From Aplysia californica (Eukaryota): a stretch of 64,000 nt of DNA. The notes below the pieces were generated by a model. It was given only the letters and a program-made list of their open reading frames with translations, had not been told where the DNA came from and did not search any database. The DNA lies in assembly GCF_000002075.1 (NCBI RefSeq), contig NW_004797652.1, positions 634,024 to 698,023 on the forward strand, written 5' to 3'. Positions 45,766-59,017 of the stretch are shown here, piece by piece. The first letter of the stretch is position 1; the number at the start of each line of letters is the position of its first letter. A program made the translations under genes and the position numbers.

Positions 45766-48700
45766 GTACTTGATAATGTGTGTCATGTGATTGTGAAAAG
45801 TGAATTGTAGACTTTTATGAATCATAATTGAACATTTTAATTTTTTTGGGGCCAAAGTATTATGTGATATGGTTATTTCAAGTTCAGCTTTTATCCAATA
45901 CAATTGATGAGTTGAGGACGTGAAATAGTCATGTGCTATAAATGCCACGATTGTATTTGGGTGAAAATTTTTTATCGCTTTTCCGAAATGTTGAAACATA
46001 AACTCATAGCTGCCAACCAGTATGTAAATAGTGTGTTTAGTAAGTTTTGAAGGTCTGAGTATTGAGTATGGGAGTTTGTTTGGTGTCGAAAAATACATTT
46101 TGTTCTGGTTTTTTTTTTTGTATTGCTCCTCACGGACCTGCCAATGCTGAAGAAAATGATGAACTTCAATGACTGAATTTATGATTAATAATGAGGACAA
46201 GGCGCATAACTCAGTTGAAGATGTTTCCCTTAATCTCCATCACATTATTCTTGCATGTCTGCCACGAATATCTTAATTTATTACACGCGGAAAAGTTTGT
46301 GTGAAGGGTTGGGAGGGGGGTCACTTGGCCAATGCGTATTATTTTGACCAGCTGTGTGGTTAGTCCTTTTTTTAAGAAAGTAGCTGTGTAAACTGTATCG
46401 ATATAACTTTTGCCAGTTTCTGCAACATTTGAATGGCAATTGCCACAGTGGCATTGCGTGATCACCTTGGGAATTTTGTTTTGGCTATATTAATATATAC
46501 AATACAGTTTGCATAGTCTATCTTATTCTATTGTTTGGCCTGTCTTTGATATGTGGGGCCAATAGGTCTAAAATTATGGAAACTTTTAAAGAGAGTGACT
46601 AAATGGTCAAATAAAAAGAAAAGTAGAATTCACATAAAGTGCTCAGTGCAACCTGAAAATGGAAGAAGAAAACACTTTCGGTGTATTTGATGACAGTTCT
46701 AGGTCAGAAACTGATGTTAAAGGTTGCAGTGACAGAAACCCAGAATTGTGTTCCAGAAAAGCCCAGGAACTAAAGTAGTGGACTGAGCATTTGTAGATCT
46801 TGAACTGGTATTAACGAGGGAAAATGTCTGAAGATTATTAACGATGGCCCAATGGGCTAGGCCACTCAAGTGTTCAGGATTCGAGATCGGTTGCCAGAGG
46901 ACAGAGTTATATCTAATTATGATTTTAATTACACTGCCGAGAGTGACATTGATCAAGTGAAAGAAAAAAATGAACAATGTATATTTTTATAGGATTTATC
47001 AAAACCTAACCCCTCGTCAAAAAAAAAAAAAGAATTTAAGACAGTGAAAGAAAATTTGAATTGAAAAACCCAATAAAGGTGTTTAAAAAAAGATTAGTCT
47101 TGGACACAAAGTAAAGTCGGTGTTATTTTATTTATTTATTTAAAAAAAAAAAACACCATTAGTATGAATTTTTGAGTTTATTTTGGCCAAAAAGATCTGT
47201 TATTTAGCTTCTTAGAGTTAGGGAAACTTTAAAGCTATACTTTTTTTATTCAGTGTTCGCTGTTCAGGACTTAGTATAAATGTACAATGCTGATGTTGTT
47301 GCATTAAAAAAAAAAATAGCTGTAAGTTTACAGTCATTACTCTTTGCTGTCTTAGGTGGGTTTAACCTTTTCCCTGCAAATAGGTTTTCTCCATTTTAAA
47401 CGACGGCTTAGTGTTTACCAAAGAAAACTTTAATTGAAAAATATTGATCGTATTAGATGGTTGACCCCACAAACAATTGAAATTTAGACATGAACATGAA
47501 ACATGTGGATGTAGAATGTAAATGATTATGAAAAGTAATTTTTAGCAAAGAAAAAATTTTATGCAAATCATGACTCGCCCCCAAATGGTTTTGTGAAATC
47601 TTTTCAACAGATACCAATAGTGAAACTATAATCAATTGCCTGTGTTCAAGTAGAATTTTGCATCTTTTGCTTGAAAGGTTCCAATTTCACAAAATGTATT
47701 GTCAGACTAATAGTGACAAAACATGCTGCACTGTTGAACCTCACTATGGTATTAAAGAGATTTGAAGAAAGCGACATGCAGCTTTTGTCTATACTTTGAA
47801 AGTTGGTACCATAGGAAGTAATATAAAATAATTACAGCTGTTCTTAGGATGTTGAGGTTTGATTTTTCTTGTCGACATGGTAAACACGAAGTGTTGGTTT
47901 TAAATTACTTTGCCAATCAGGTATAAACAGTGAATAGGAAGTCTAATGTGATTTTTCAAATGGTTAGATTAATAAAGATGGAGGACACCTTTGAGCTGTC
48001 TTTATGTCTTTGATGGGTTGGATGGGCCCTGACTGAAAATATTTATTTGATTATTGTTTTGGCTATTTCAATAATTTCTGATATTTACATAAGCATAACT
48101 TGTGCCAAAATGAAACTGTTCAGCCTCTGCAGGTGTATACTGTACATTTTCATTTCTTGAAATTATTTTTGTACTCTAATTTCTAAGGAAAGTAAAAAAT
48201 ACAAAGACAAATTTTACAAGCTTTTTCAAATATTTTGAAATGAAAAAAATTGTCTCAAAATCTTGGGAGGGGGGAGCATGTTGCGTTAATCATCTGTCAG
48301 ACTTTGAAAAGTACTTTGCTTAATTGAAAATAGCTCTGATAAGTGGATCGCATCTCATTCTTTGTGATTTGTATTATTAGAAGATGTTTCACAATTGATG
48401 TGGAATTTTTAATGAAAATAGCATCAGCATTTGGGTTCTTTTTTTAAAAACCAAAATTTAGAATAGCTGCTGTTTCGATGACAGTAACATAGCCTGGGAA
48501 GCTTAAATTTGGCGGGTTGTCCTTTCTCTACGCATTACATGGAATATGTACATGTGCAGAGATTCATTTAAGCTTCAGTTTTGTGCTTTTCTTCCACCTT
48601 CACAAATTAGTACTGTAGCCTATGTTAACCCTATCCGTACGTTGTTTTACTATCATATCCATACGGCTTGGGGAACTGTGACACCACTTTCCAAAGAGGA

Positions 48701-49039
48701 AATTTTTTCGTCAATCCATTCCGTACGCTTTGCATAGCAGTCTTTGTCAAAATGATTTTTTGAGAAATACTGAAAGTTTCAAAGAGATCTTCGTACTATA
48801 AGAATTCTAAAATGTGAAGAAAACACCCCGAGGGTACAAAATGACCCCAGGGCGTACAGATCTGGTTAATAAAAATGGAATTATACATTGCTTTGTGAAA
48901 TGATCTTGTTTGTTTTATTTGCTTCAACATGTGCTATTGCATATGTGATTATTGGTTCTTGTTTTATAATATTGCACTATAAATACCTTTTCCATAGTTT
49001 TTTGAAGTTCATTTTATTTTGTCTTAAATTTTTCCTCAG

Positions 49040-49442
49040 TGACTCAAGTTCCCATTCCAATTCAGACTCTGATGCAGAGGATGTGAAAAATAAAAACAAT
49101 TCATCTTCTGAGGAGGAAACTGAGCTACCAAAGCAACTTCAGACATCTGACGATGATGAAGATGATGATGAGGATGACAAAAAGTCGAAGGACTCCGGTT
49201 CCGATGATGAAGATGATTCAAAGAAAAATGATTCAGAGTCAGATTCAGAGGACAAGAAAGATTCTAATTCCGATGGACAATCATCCAATGATGAAGATGG
49301 AGGTGAAAAAAGTAGTGGGAAGTCTAGGAAGGAGAACCTTCAAAGAGTCCTCTTCGATACTGATTCCCAAGACACGGGTGATAATGACGCATCTCGTGGT
49401 GGTAGTGGACGGAGAGTTACTGCTATCAGGGAATTGAAAGAT
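49040..49442 (+). CDS. CHD1: CHD1/2 exon, Ser/Asp/Glu-rich N-terminal region
   Basis: TTTTCCTCAG acceptor, GTGAGT donor, phase 2/0. Confidence 0.85.
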
Positions 49443-50560
49443 GTGAGTATATGTTTTTGTTTCCTATTTATGACTTGATTTTTGATTGCTTCAAATTTGG
49501 ATAAGTGGCAGTATGTTGTTTTTTTTTTTTTTTTTTTGGCTGCAATATACTATTTATGAAATGACTTAACAGGCATTTGATAATATAATATGGCTAAAAA
49601 TGTAGACTTGTTTGTTTTGTCCGAATTGCTGATGGCGTTGAATGAAAAAAAAATTCACTGACATGGTATGATCCTCCAGTAAAATTTTGCGTGTGGTCAT
49701 GTTATTCGTGAACATTTTGTCTTTGCTGTGTTTCCTCTTCTTTCTATCTTTTCTTGCCTTCACATATTTTGAGTGAATGAGTAAGAAACTGAAAGTGGTG
49801 CAGCTTTTTTATTGAGGTCATTTGTAACAAAACGTTGTCTTCCATATTGTGAAAGAATGCTTTTTGATTAAATAATATTGACTTACTCTAGATAAGTCTC
49901 AGCACTTGGGAGATTGAATTGCTGATGAGAGTTATTCATGATGGCATTTTTCAGATAACCGTAGAGTTGTTGTATTTGTTAAGGCAATTTTTTTTCTTGG
50001 GGGGGGAGGGGGGGTGTACAACACTACCGATTTTTTTGGGTTTTTTGTGGACAATACAAAATGCCATTCAGACACTTCCAACAAAGTGTGGTAAATAATC
50101 AATTGCATAAGTTTACAATGACTCATGGTCGGATAGTGATGAAGACATATAAATAATTAAATAATAAAATTACATTTTATTGATCAACAAAATTACATTT
50201 TATTGATCCCCTGGGGGTCTTGATACATAGTACTGCACAATGTATGTCGCTTGATCTGGACAGTGCCCATGTGCATGACAAAACAGATGAATAAATGAAT
50301 AAAATTCAGGTACTTTCAGAACCTGTCAGCCATCACATATTCAGTTTTTAGGTCCAAGTGGAATGGTGCATGTGCATGTCTTGACCTCTGATGACCCTTG
50401 TGGTTCAGGGGTTAAATTGAACCCAGGTTAAAGAACCATTGGAATAGGACAAGGAACTGAGGGCGATGTTCATTGAGAAGAAACTTTAGAAAACAAATTG
50501 GAATGCCTAATGATTCATTTATGTCATTATAGTTAACACAGATTTATCATTACACTCTAA

Positions 50561-50778
50561 CTCTTTACCTCTGGCAAACTCGGGTGCATTCTTTTACAAT
50601 GACTTCGACACCAAATTACTTTTCAGCAATTGCCGAAAACATGTCTCTTTTATCGGGAGTTTATTCATTAGATGAAGAACTATCAAAATAGGTCGACTTG
50701 TTTTGAATTCATGGCCTTTTTAAATTTAGTACCAAAACGGCCCCGGCGTAGTGGGTTTACCCCCACGGAGATAAAGAG
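50561..50778. mobile_element. Old piggyBac-like MITE
   Basis: TIR CTCTTTACCTC / GAGATAAAGAG with decayed TTAA flanks (CTAA/TTGA). Confidence 0.5.
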
Positions 50779-51727
50779 TTGAAATAAATCTTCACAGGGG
50801 CTGCATGTCAACATCAGATTGATTCCACCTCACTGTCCATTGAGTCATATGCTTTTACGAGGGCGAGATTCTTTGCAAGACTACATTTTTTTTTTTTTTT
50901 CCTCTGTTGGATGTAATGGGCTCAGGTTATTTCAAACTGTCATTAAAAATTGTAGCACTTCGACAGGGGAATAATGACTTTAATCAAACTCTCTCAAGTA
51001 TGATGTAGTAGAAATCTTGTAAATAAAAAGATCTTAGGTTCAATCATCTTTACAGACAATGGATTATCCATTCGCAATAGGTGGCTCTTCTTTCTTTTGT
51101 TGGCTCTTACTTCTTTTCTTACCCTCTGGCTTAAATTTGTGGGTGGTTGGCAGGTGCCCTGGTGTGGATTGATCAAACTTCTATTGTTGTTATCTCCCCT
51201 CCTTTTTTGTGTTTGTTACTTCCTTGTAACACTTCTAATCTTCGGCACTTGTATGACCTTGTGTTGCAAGTGCTGTAAAACTCTTACAAAAAAGAAAAAA
51301 AATTTCAATCAACACAATTATTTCAGTTTTTGTGCTTGGAAACAATAAAATATATTTGAAATTTCGGAGTTTAACAGGGATTACTAAATTATGGAGCCCT
51401 TTAAAGTCAACTTTAAGGTCATGAGAACATACATTGAAAAAAATGTACATATTTCCATGTTCAAATAATAGATCCATTACTATAGGGTTAGAAACTAATA
51501 ATTGACGAGCTTATAAAAAACTCCATAAGAAACATAAACAATGATCCTGATTTACCACCACTGGGCCTAATGAGCGCTTTGTTTGACTGCCACCGTAAAG
51601 GTAAAGGGACAAATATTTTTTGCTGTTTATTTTTGTCAAATGTGCCTGTGAAACATGTGTCCAGTCTCGTTTAGAATAGTTTTAGTTATATTTTTTTTTT
51701 TGAATTGACACTTCTACTTGTTTGTAG

Positions 51728-51808
51728 GAATGGGATCAAAAGCCGGATCTATACGGAATCCGTAGATCAGGAAGGTCAAGAAGGGAAGTTGTTCGTTACA
51801 ATGCTGGG
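51728..51808 (+). CDS. CHD1: CHD1/2 exon (EWDQKPDLYGIRRSGRSRRE..)
   Basis: Matches the CHD2-type WEEYPDVYGVRRSNRSRQE motif; canonical splice sites. Confidence 0.9.
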
Positions 51809-52493
51809 GTAAGTGAACCTTCCCAAGTATCTTTTTATAAAGTTAGTGTATCTGACTTTTCTTATTCAACTCGCCCTACAAGTCCTTTTTTTTGCCACTT
51901 CTGTCTTTTTCATTTTNNNNNNNNNNNNNNNNNNNNNNNNNNNNNNNNNNNNNNNNNNNNNNNNNNNNNNNNNNNNNNNNNNNNNNNNNNNNNNNNNNNN
52001 NNNNNNNNNNNNNNNNNNNNNNNNNNNNNNNNNNNNNNNNNNNNNNNNNNNNNNNNNNNNNNNNNNNNNNNNNNNNNNNNNNNNNNNNNNNNNNNNNNNN
52101 NNNNNNNNNNNNNNNNNNNNNNNNNNNNNNNNNNNNNNNNNNNNNNTGTAAGATAGATATGTTATTTAAGTGAAAAGCATATTTCATTTATATTAAAGCA
52201 TTATTTCATATCAATGATACATCCCTCATTGCTCTCAGCTTATAGGTGTCTTTTTTATGAAGGGAAGTTCCACAGTTTTAGTTCCGACAGTGTTTTACTT
52301 CGTTTTGAAGTGTGTTTGAATACATTTGAGCTCCCCAATTCAACTTTCCTATTCTACTCCTCAGCATATTTTATGTGAATAAATGAAATTACAAGTTTGG
52401 AGGGGGGGGGGGGGGGGGGTGTCAATGATTTCTTGAAATGTCTGAGCTTTTATCAGGTTCTAATTTGTACTGTTGTTTCTTTCCCTCCTACAG

Positions 52494-52546
52494 AATAATA
52501 GTGGTAGTGATAGTGACAGGAAAAAGAAACGATCAAGGAGAAGAGA
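52494..52546 (+). CDS. CHD1: CHD1/2 exon (NNSGSDSDRKKKRSRRR)
   Basis: Canonical AG/GTGAGT; phase 0/2 consistent with its neighbours. Confidence 0.8.
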
Positions 52547-52661
52547 GTGAGTATTTATTTGGATAAGGGGGGGGGGGGGGATTATTTATTTCGAATTCGA
52601 TTTTTGTGACCATTTTGAAGTAATGGGAATTTCCTTTGGTTAGTTAAGAAAAGTTATGTGT

Positions 52662-54022
52662 CACTGTGTGGTGGAATCGGGCGCTCGTCAATTTTTGGGC
52701 ATGTGGAGTTATTGGTATCATCTCAAAGCTTATTTATTTGCCTTGCTTTCTGTGAAAAAAATACCCACCCATCTTGAATAGAAGTCAAGATAATTACAAT
52801 TGAAAGCGGTGCGGTCGCCTGGTTTCAGTGGTGAAACTGGCGAGAAAATGGCCGCCAAAGTTTGATAACTCTCAACTCACTCACTGCCATGCCCAAACCC
52901 TGTGGGGTGATCCGCGTAGACTGCTACCTGCCAAACTCGAAACCCGTCGGTGCGTTTTTACTATTATTTTTCAAACATTCCCCAACGTGTTTCGGGCTTG
53001 GCAGTCGGAAGTAGGCGACATAAGCCAGTTTAGTTTCGATTCCCCAGTGTTGCAGTAGCTTCCCTTGAATAAGTTACTTAAAAATCGGACTTTTTCGAAC
53101 TCGACCGAAACAAACTAAATACTACTAACGCTCAGTTACGATGGCGACGACGTCTAAACGAAGTCGGAACATTTGAATTGGTGGACCCATTCGTCAATAA
53201 AGGGTCAGATTTAGATCTTTTTGCGGATGATAGTGATGATGAACCATCATACAGAATTGATGAGTATAGGGAAGGAAATAGGAGAGGTGCGGACACAAGT
53301 GAAGATGAAAATTTTGCTAGATCTAGGCCCAGATCTAGAATCAGGGGTTCCCGATGCTCAGACCAATGATCCGATGCTTCCCGGTCTTCAATGTCATTGT
53401 TTGTGGAAAAGTTCAATGCTGTACACAAAATAAGCTCACAGTGAGGTTTTGAAAATGGTCCCGAAAGCCTGGCATTCCTCAGTTACCCTGCCGAGAAATG
53501 CCTGGCAGTGAGTGAGTTAATAATAGCCAAAAAGTCCTTTAAAACAGAAAAATGACATTTTGTTCTTTTAATCGTGTTTCAGTAAAATTCACACGGAGTT
53601 GTGTTTTTGTATGGACATAAATGGGGTTAACCCTTAGAGCCTGAGAAACCCTCTGACCGGTCCGGAACTTTATCAATGTGAAGCCCGATACACCTTTTCA
53701 CCGGTCTGGGAGTCACGGATCCAAGCGAGTCTGAGCCAGGCCCTTCTAGGCTTAAACGTGTGCAAAAAACTATTCTCTGGCAACTCTGATTAGTTTTTGT
53801 GTGGATATTTTGTTATTGTGTTTGATCTATTTGTTGTGACCCATGTGAAATTTCCTTTAAATGGTTGACGAGACCAGGCAGGGGGTATTCTAGGGTCAGC
53901 AAAGTGACGGCTCAAAGGGTTAAGCCAAAAAACAAAAATTCCATAACAATTGCCAAACTGGCAGAAAAATACCTGTTTATCCAATTCCGTTATTTTGACG
54001 AGCGCCTGATTTCACCATGGTG
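52662..54022. mobile_element. Non-autonomous CAC...GTG-terminated DNA transposon (Transib/Chapaev-like)
   Basis: TIR CACTGTGTGGTGGAATCGGGCGCTCGTCAA vs reverse complement CACCATGGTGAAATCAGGCGCTCGTCAA; no clear TSD. Confidence 0.65.
53631..53919. mobile_element. piggyBac-type MITE nested in the CAC element
   Basis: TTAA|CCCTTAGAGCC...GGCTCAAAGGG|TTAA. Confidence 0.85.
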
Positions 54023-54302
54023 CCTCACATATCGTCATTTATGAGCGCATCTCCTGTTTATGAATGTTCATTGTCTTATATTGACTTTTATTTTGATTCA
54101 GAAGTTTCTGCTACTAATGTGTTGTTTGTTGTTGCAATATTGATAATTCAAAAGAGGGTTATATGGTGCATCATGTGAAAGGCGTCATACGTGTCTCTTC
54201 TAATCTGTGTAAGATGATTTTTTATTGTAATCTAACTCTACCCTTTGTTGTTTCTTCTTTTTTATGAAATTCCATTAACGAAACTGATTAAAAATTTTGC
54301 AG

Positions 54303-54392
54303 GTCTGAAGATTGGAAAAGTCAAGAAGATGAGGATAATAGTGAAGAAGCAAGCAGTGATAGTGAGGACTTTAGGCCTGCTAAGAGCAAGAG
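54303..54392 (+). CDS. CHD1: CHD1/2 exon (SEDWKSQEDEDNSEE...)
   Basis: Canonical sites, phase 2/2. Confidence 0.82.
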
Positions 54393-55039
54393 GTATGTTG
54401 AAATTTTGGAAAGTAAAGCTCTCGGCTAGTTAACATATTAACAGGACAGTTAAAGGTGAGGTAGCAATTGCGGCCCTATTTGAACTCTATTCACTTCTGA
54501 GGCCATGGTTTGTCTAGAACTTATTTTTGATAAATTAAAGCGATCTGTGTATGTTATCTCAAAGACGCTTTTTAAATAAGAATCAGGATATGGCAATTTC
54601 CATCACAAATTTCATTTTGGTGAATATGTTGAAGTTGATTAAATCAATATGTTTCAGGCATGCTTCTCAAACGGGATATTTTACAACTCTGATTGTCTTG
54701 TAGGTTTTTTAAAAAGATATGGCAAGAAAATGAAACTGAAAACAGATTGTCTCCAAATGTCAAATAATGGGTGTGGAAAATTTATGACATCAAAATGACA
54801 TCAATCTTCTAGGTAGAACCAAAACAAAACAATTGTGCAAAGTCTTATATATGTAAAGTGTAAGTAATTCTGAGGAGGAGACGAACTTAAGATGAAATAT
54901 GAGCGTAATATTATTGATTGGTAGAGGTTGGGTCGGGTTCCTACTTTTCTGGTTCAAGATATTTAATTATATCAACATTCTGAGATCTGAGAACACAAAT
55001 ATTTTTTCGAAATGTCATTTTATTTAACAATTGTCTTAG

Positions 55040-55189
55040 GGCGAAGCCTCCACCAAGACCAAAACGAAGTGCTCGGGCTGCTCCTAAGTCAAGGGGGCGG
55101 ACCAAGAACTTGTCATCCTCTGAGTCTTCAGAAGATAGTGATTCGTACAGTAGGCCTGTCCCGCAAAGAAAAACTGCTCAGAAAGTCAG
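55040..55189 (+). CDS. CHD1: CHD1/2 exon (AKPPPRPKR...RKTAQKV)
   Basis: Canonical sites, phase 2/2; joining gives the conserved VSYKE motif. Confidence 0.85.
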
Positions 55190-56674
55190 GTGAGGCTTCA
55201 AGGATATTTTGAAATCAATGGTATCATCATTACCATTTCATTTTGTCTTGATTTTATTTGCAACCTGTAGTTTTCATGAGTAGTTATTTTCTGCTATCAG
55301 TCCATTTTTTGCCGTCTTCTGAACGTTACTCTTGTTTCTTTTTTAACAAGTCTATTTTATAGAGTAAGGAAACATTGTGTCACTGCAGCATAGCATCGGC
55401 CAGCTGTTCAGATGGACTAAGTTCACATTTTTTATTTTAAAAAGAATGTTCTAGCGGTGTCTTTTATTTTTTGGTCACATTTGCATATACTTGTGAAATA
55501 TTTAGTTGAAATTCAAAGTCTAAATGTTGAATTGTAAAAAAAAAAATTAAATCTCTCTTGAGAAATTCTCGGCTCAGAACATTTGAGCAGCTTGCTGTTG
55601 ATAAAGCTTTTTGAAGTGCTAGGTTTGTAAAGAAATTCTTTGTTGCTTGATTGCACGGTGAAAGATTGCAAGTGGAGAGCGTACTGCTTTTTGATTACAT
55701 GAAGTTTGAATGTGATCAGACCTTGGGTAAGTGAGGGTTTTCTCAGGTGGCATCATGGATACAGTTATTCAGGTACGGTTTGTGTCATACACTTTTCCCT
55801 TTTATTTTTAAACATAGGCACAAGTATCGCCCTACCAGGCACAAAGCTTCTAAAAAGGCTGTTAGGTAAGACTCTGGGCATTAGTATTGTTTGCAAGTTT
55901 GGTGTCTCGGGTTACAATTTTTGTACTGGAGTCCTCTTGTTGATTGTGGTGATGTCCTGGGTCAATGGTTGAGCTTGCTGTATTTTGAGTGAGATTAATT
56001 GCTAGTGTGGTATTGACTGTTGTCTAGAACTGGACAATTCCTCTGTTTGAAGTGCACAGTTTCCTTGTCTTGGTTTCAGTAAGCATCATAATCCTCTCGG
56101 CTGGATTCAAAATCAAATAATGTTTTTATATCTTAAGTGTCAGAAAATCAATTAAAGTAGTATCTAAATTATTTAACTTATAGACATAGCTTTTGAAATG
56201 CTGTGGAAGGAAAAACTGTCCCATTAATCAGTAATGAAAACAAGCAACTGCACGGGTCTGTATCGTATCAACTCAATTTCTGACAGTCATTGACAATGTA
56301 ATGGTACCTCAAAGTCAAATTTGTTTTAAAGCATCTATAATATACTTTTACATATTTTCAAAGTTATAATAGACTAGAATTGAATTTTGTGTAATTTATT
56401 GACACATGGAAGTACAGCATTCTCATTTTTTTTTTCTTATTTGGTGGCAGGGGTGTTTTATGTTGGTTTGTGGGCTATCTTTTCTTTCTTCGTCTTTTCT
56501 CGGTGTTGGTACTGTTCTTATGTGCTTCCTGAAATTCAGCCAAGTGGTGTCAGTAGTACTGTTGTAGACCTGCATGTTTGCCGACAATTGCGGCCCGACC
56601 CGCGAGCCAGCCGATGCTATCGCTAGGCCCACCTGTGTTAGTCAATGTGCTAAGTGCGAGGCCTGGCCGACTGC

Positions 56675-57350
56675 TAGGGATGGGCAGGTACCGGTCCAAG
56701 TACCGGAACTCCGGGTTCTACCGAAGGAGGTGTCAGTACCGACACCTGGCCTCCAGTACCGGCTCTGGAAAGAAGCAGACACCAATAGTTAATACTGGCT
56801 CTGAGAAGGAGCCGATGCGACGGTTTATTTTTTTCTTAACGGGCCACGGGCAGTGTGTAGGCCTAGGCCTAGCAGCTGTGACGTCAGATGCACACAACGC
56901 AGCGGGTGACCTTGATACAGGACCTCAGATTCAAAATTGACAATCAAAAACGAAGTTTGCTTAAATTTATAATATGGCTTCCAATCAGGTTCCATGCGAG
57001 CCACTTTGCTTATTTTGATACGCTGATTCCGAAAATGAAATCAATTTTTTGCGGCGATAACTATTTTTAAAATTTTGCTTGCAAAGTTTAATCCCACGCG
57101 GCGGCAGACTTCAAAGGTATTTTGCGTCACACTTTAGTAAGAGTTGTATGGCACTTGCAGCACAAATCGCCTCTCCAATTTTGACTGGTGGGGGGGGGGG
57201 GGGGGGGGGCACTGATCGTGGCGTTAGACGCAGGACACAAAGTCTGTGACGTCACCTACTGGCGTCACTCCCAGTACCGGCGCCGGTACTGGCGGTTCTC
57301 GGTGCCGAGAAAGTACCGACAGTGGATTTCGCCGGTATCGCCCACCACTA
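56675..57350. mobile_element. hAT-type MITE
   Basis: TAGGGATGGGCAGGTACCGG / CCGGTATCGCCCACCACTA TIRs; perfect 8-bp TSD CCGACTGC (56667-56674, 57351-57358). Confidence 0.88.
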
Positions 57351-57489
57351 CCGACTGCCAGCGCCCCCTTTTTCTCCTGTTGGCTTTTCGGCACTTTCGT
57401 TTTCGTGCCCACCGCTGACGTCTGCGTTTCCGACATTGTCTGAACCTGAGTAGAAATACGAATACGAAAAAGGACGACAACCCAAATTA

Positions 57490-58307
57490 CAGTCGAACCT
57501 GCCCTGATGGCCACTTCTATAAGACGGCCACCTGTACAAACGGCCACTTTCCATTTCCCCCCTTGCGTTTTTCCTATATAATTTAACTGTGTAAAACGGG
57601 CACCTGTCCAACGCGGCCGCGGCCACAAAAATTTAACACACAACCCCTATAATACTAAGCAATAATACCTGTCTAAGACGGTCACTTTAGTGAATCCATT
57701 ACGTTTTGTCATAAATTGTGCATTGGCCCCTGGCGTTGTGGGCGAGCCGTCATAATTCAATCACCTGTCGTTGTTGTTGGGTAGTCCCTTCAACCGATCA
57801 TGTTGCGTAGGCCCCTCCCACTGTTGACCAATAGCTACCAATTTTCAGCTGCAGGTGAGTTAGCGTGTGATCCCTCATAACCCATAAGCCCCGCCCAGAA
57901 CTCATACACAAATCGAAAGTGAGATGAGTGGTTACTGTTTACCCGGTCTGTAACAAAGTAACAAAGGACGTCAACATGGACTTGTTACAGAAGCGTCCCT
58001 CGTTCTCCGAGTGGTGGCGACCCATGTGTTTGTTTTAACATGGCACTCGGTCTTCCTTGTCTGATACATTTCGTTTTATTGTCACCATTGTGCAAAATCA
58101 GCGACAAAATAAAGATTACAAACGAAATACAAACCAACAGCAACAACACCAACAAAGACAACAACAATGGGGCTACTTTCGATTGGGGCCTCAGATGGGA
58201 ATGGTTTGTTTTTTTTATCTTGATCAGTCCTGCCTAAGACGGTCACCTGTCTTATGCGGCCATTTTTCTCCTTGACAATGGGTGGCCGTCTTACACAGGT
58301 TTGACTG
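57490..58307. mobile_element. pogo/Tigger-like Tc1/mariner MITE
   Basis: TA|CAGTCGAACCTG...CAGGTTTGACTG|TA with repeated TAAGACGGCCACC subterminal motifs. Confidence 0.88.
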
Positions 58308-58846
58308 TATCTACTTTCAGTTTCGTGCTCGAGCGGCCATTTTGAATTTCGTCTGTTGACTGATTGTTCAGATTATGTGGATTCATTCAAGTCCGACTCA
58401 CTTGTTCTACTAGTCTAGATCTAAATTGAATATATTTTAGATTATTATAGACCTCAATGGAGGATTCATATTCCAATTCTACTGTGTCGAACACTATTAT
58501 AGGTTGTGCTGTAATATTAGATTTAATGTTGGTAAAAGGCATTTCATCAGGTGTGTAAATTATTTAGAATCTAGACTCAGCTGAGTCCCTCTGTTCGGAA
58601 TCGGATGCGGATTTCTCGTTCAAGATCTAGATCTAGATTTATTTAGATTATAATATGGAGTATTAAAATTGGCCCACATGCAGGTCTACTATTGTAGCCA
58701 AACTGAAAGAATTCACTTCACACGAAGGTTTCTTATTTTCTTTAATGGCCTATCCCCATGTAGCTGCAATCCAGCTGAATTCTGGTTTTCTGTCCACCTG
58801 TGATATGTACATTTTCGAGAGATCCAGATATGTGGTAAAATTATGC

Positions 58847-59017
58847 TTTAGTAAGAGTTGTTTGGCACTTGCAGCACAAGCACAATTAGGTCATATTAGT
58901 GCTGATGTTACAAGGTGTTACAAGAGAGTAATAAACACAGAAAGAGGAGAGATAAGGATGATAGATGTTTGATAGGAAAGGAGCAAACCACACCAGAGCG
59001 CCCGCCGAACACCCATG
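58847..59017 (-). mobile_element. ~170-bp short retroelement without a tRNA head, with a diverged I/Nimb tail
   Basis: Homologous to 62496-62668; near-TSD AAAATTATGC/AAAAGTATGC. Confidence 0.7.

Larger units (their letters stand above)
56559..58694. mobile_element. Outer TA-flanked MITE carrying two nested insertions
   Basis: TA|CTGTTGTAGACCTGCATGT ... ACATGCAGGTCTACTATTG|TA. Confidence 0.65.

Noticed and set aside
48888-49039. Hydrophobic signal/TM segment at the start of ORF 48888-49478
   Set aside because: T-rich intron upstream of the acceptor at 49039.
53132-53433. RAG1/Transib transposase gene
   Set aside because: Only short broken ORFs with no catalytic motifs.
56387-58275. Cluster of short GC-rich ORFs
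   Set aside because: They lie within or overlap MITEs in a CHD intron and show no domain similarity.
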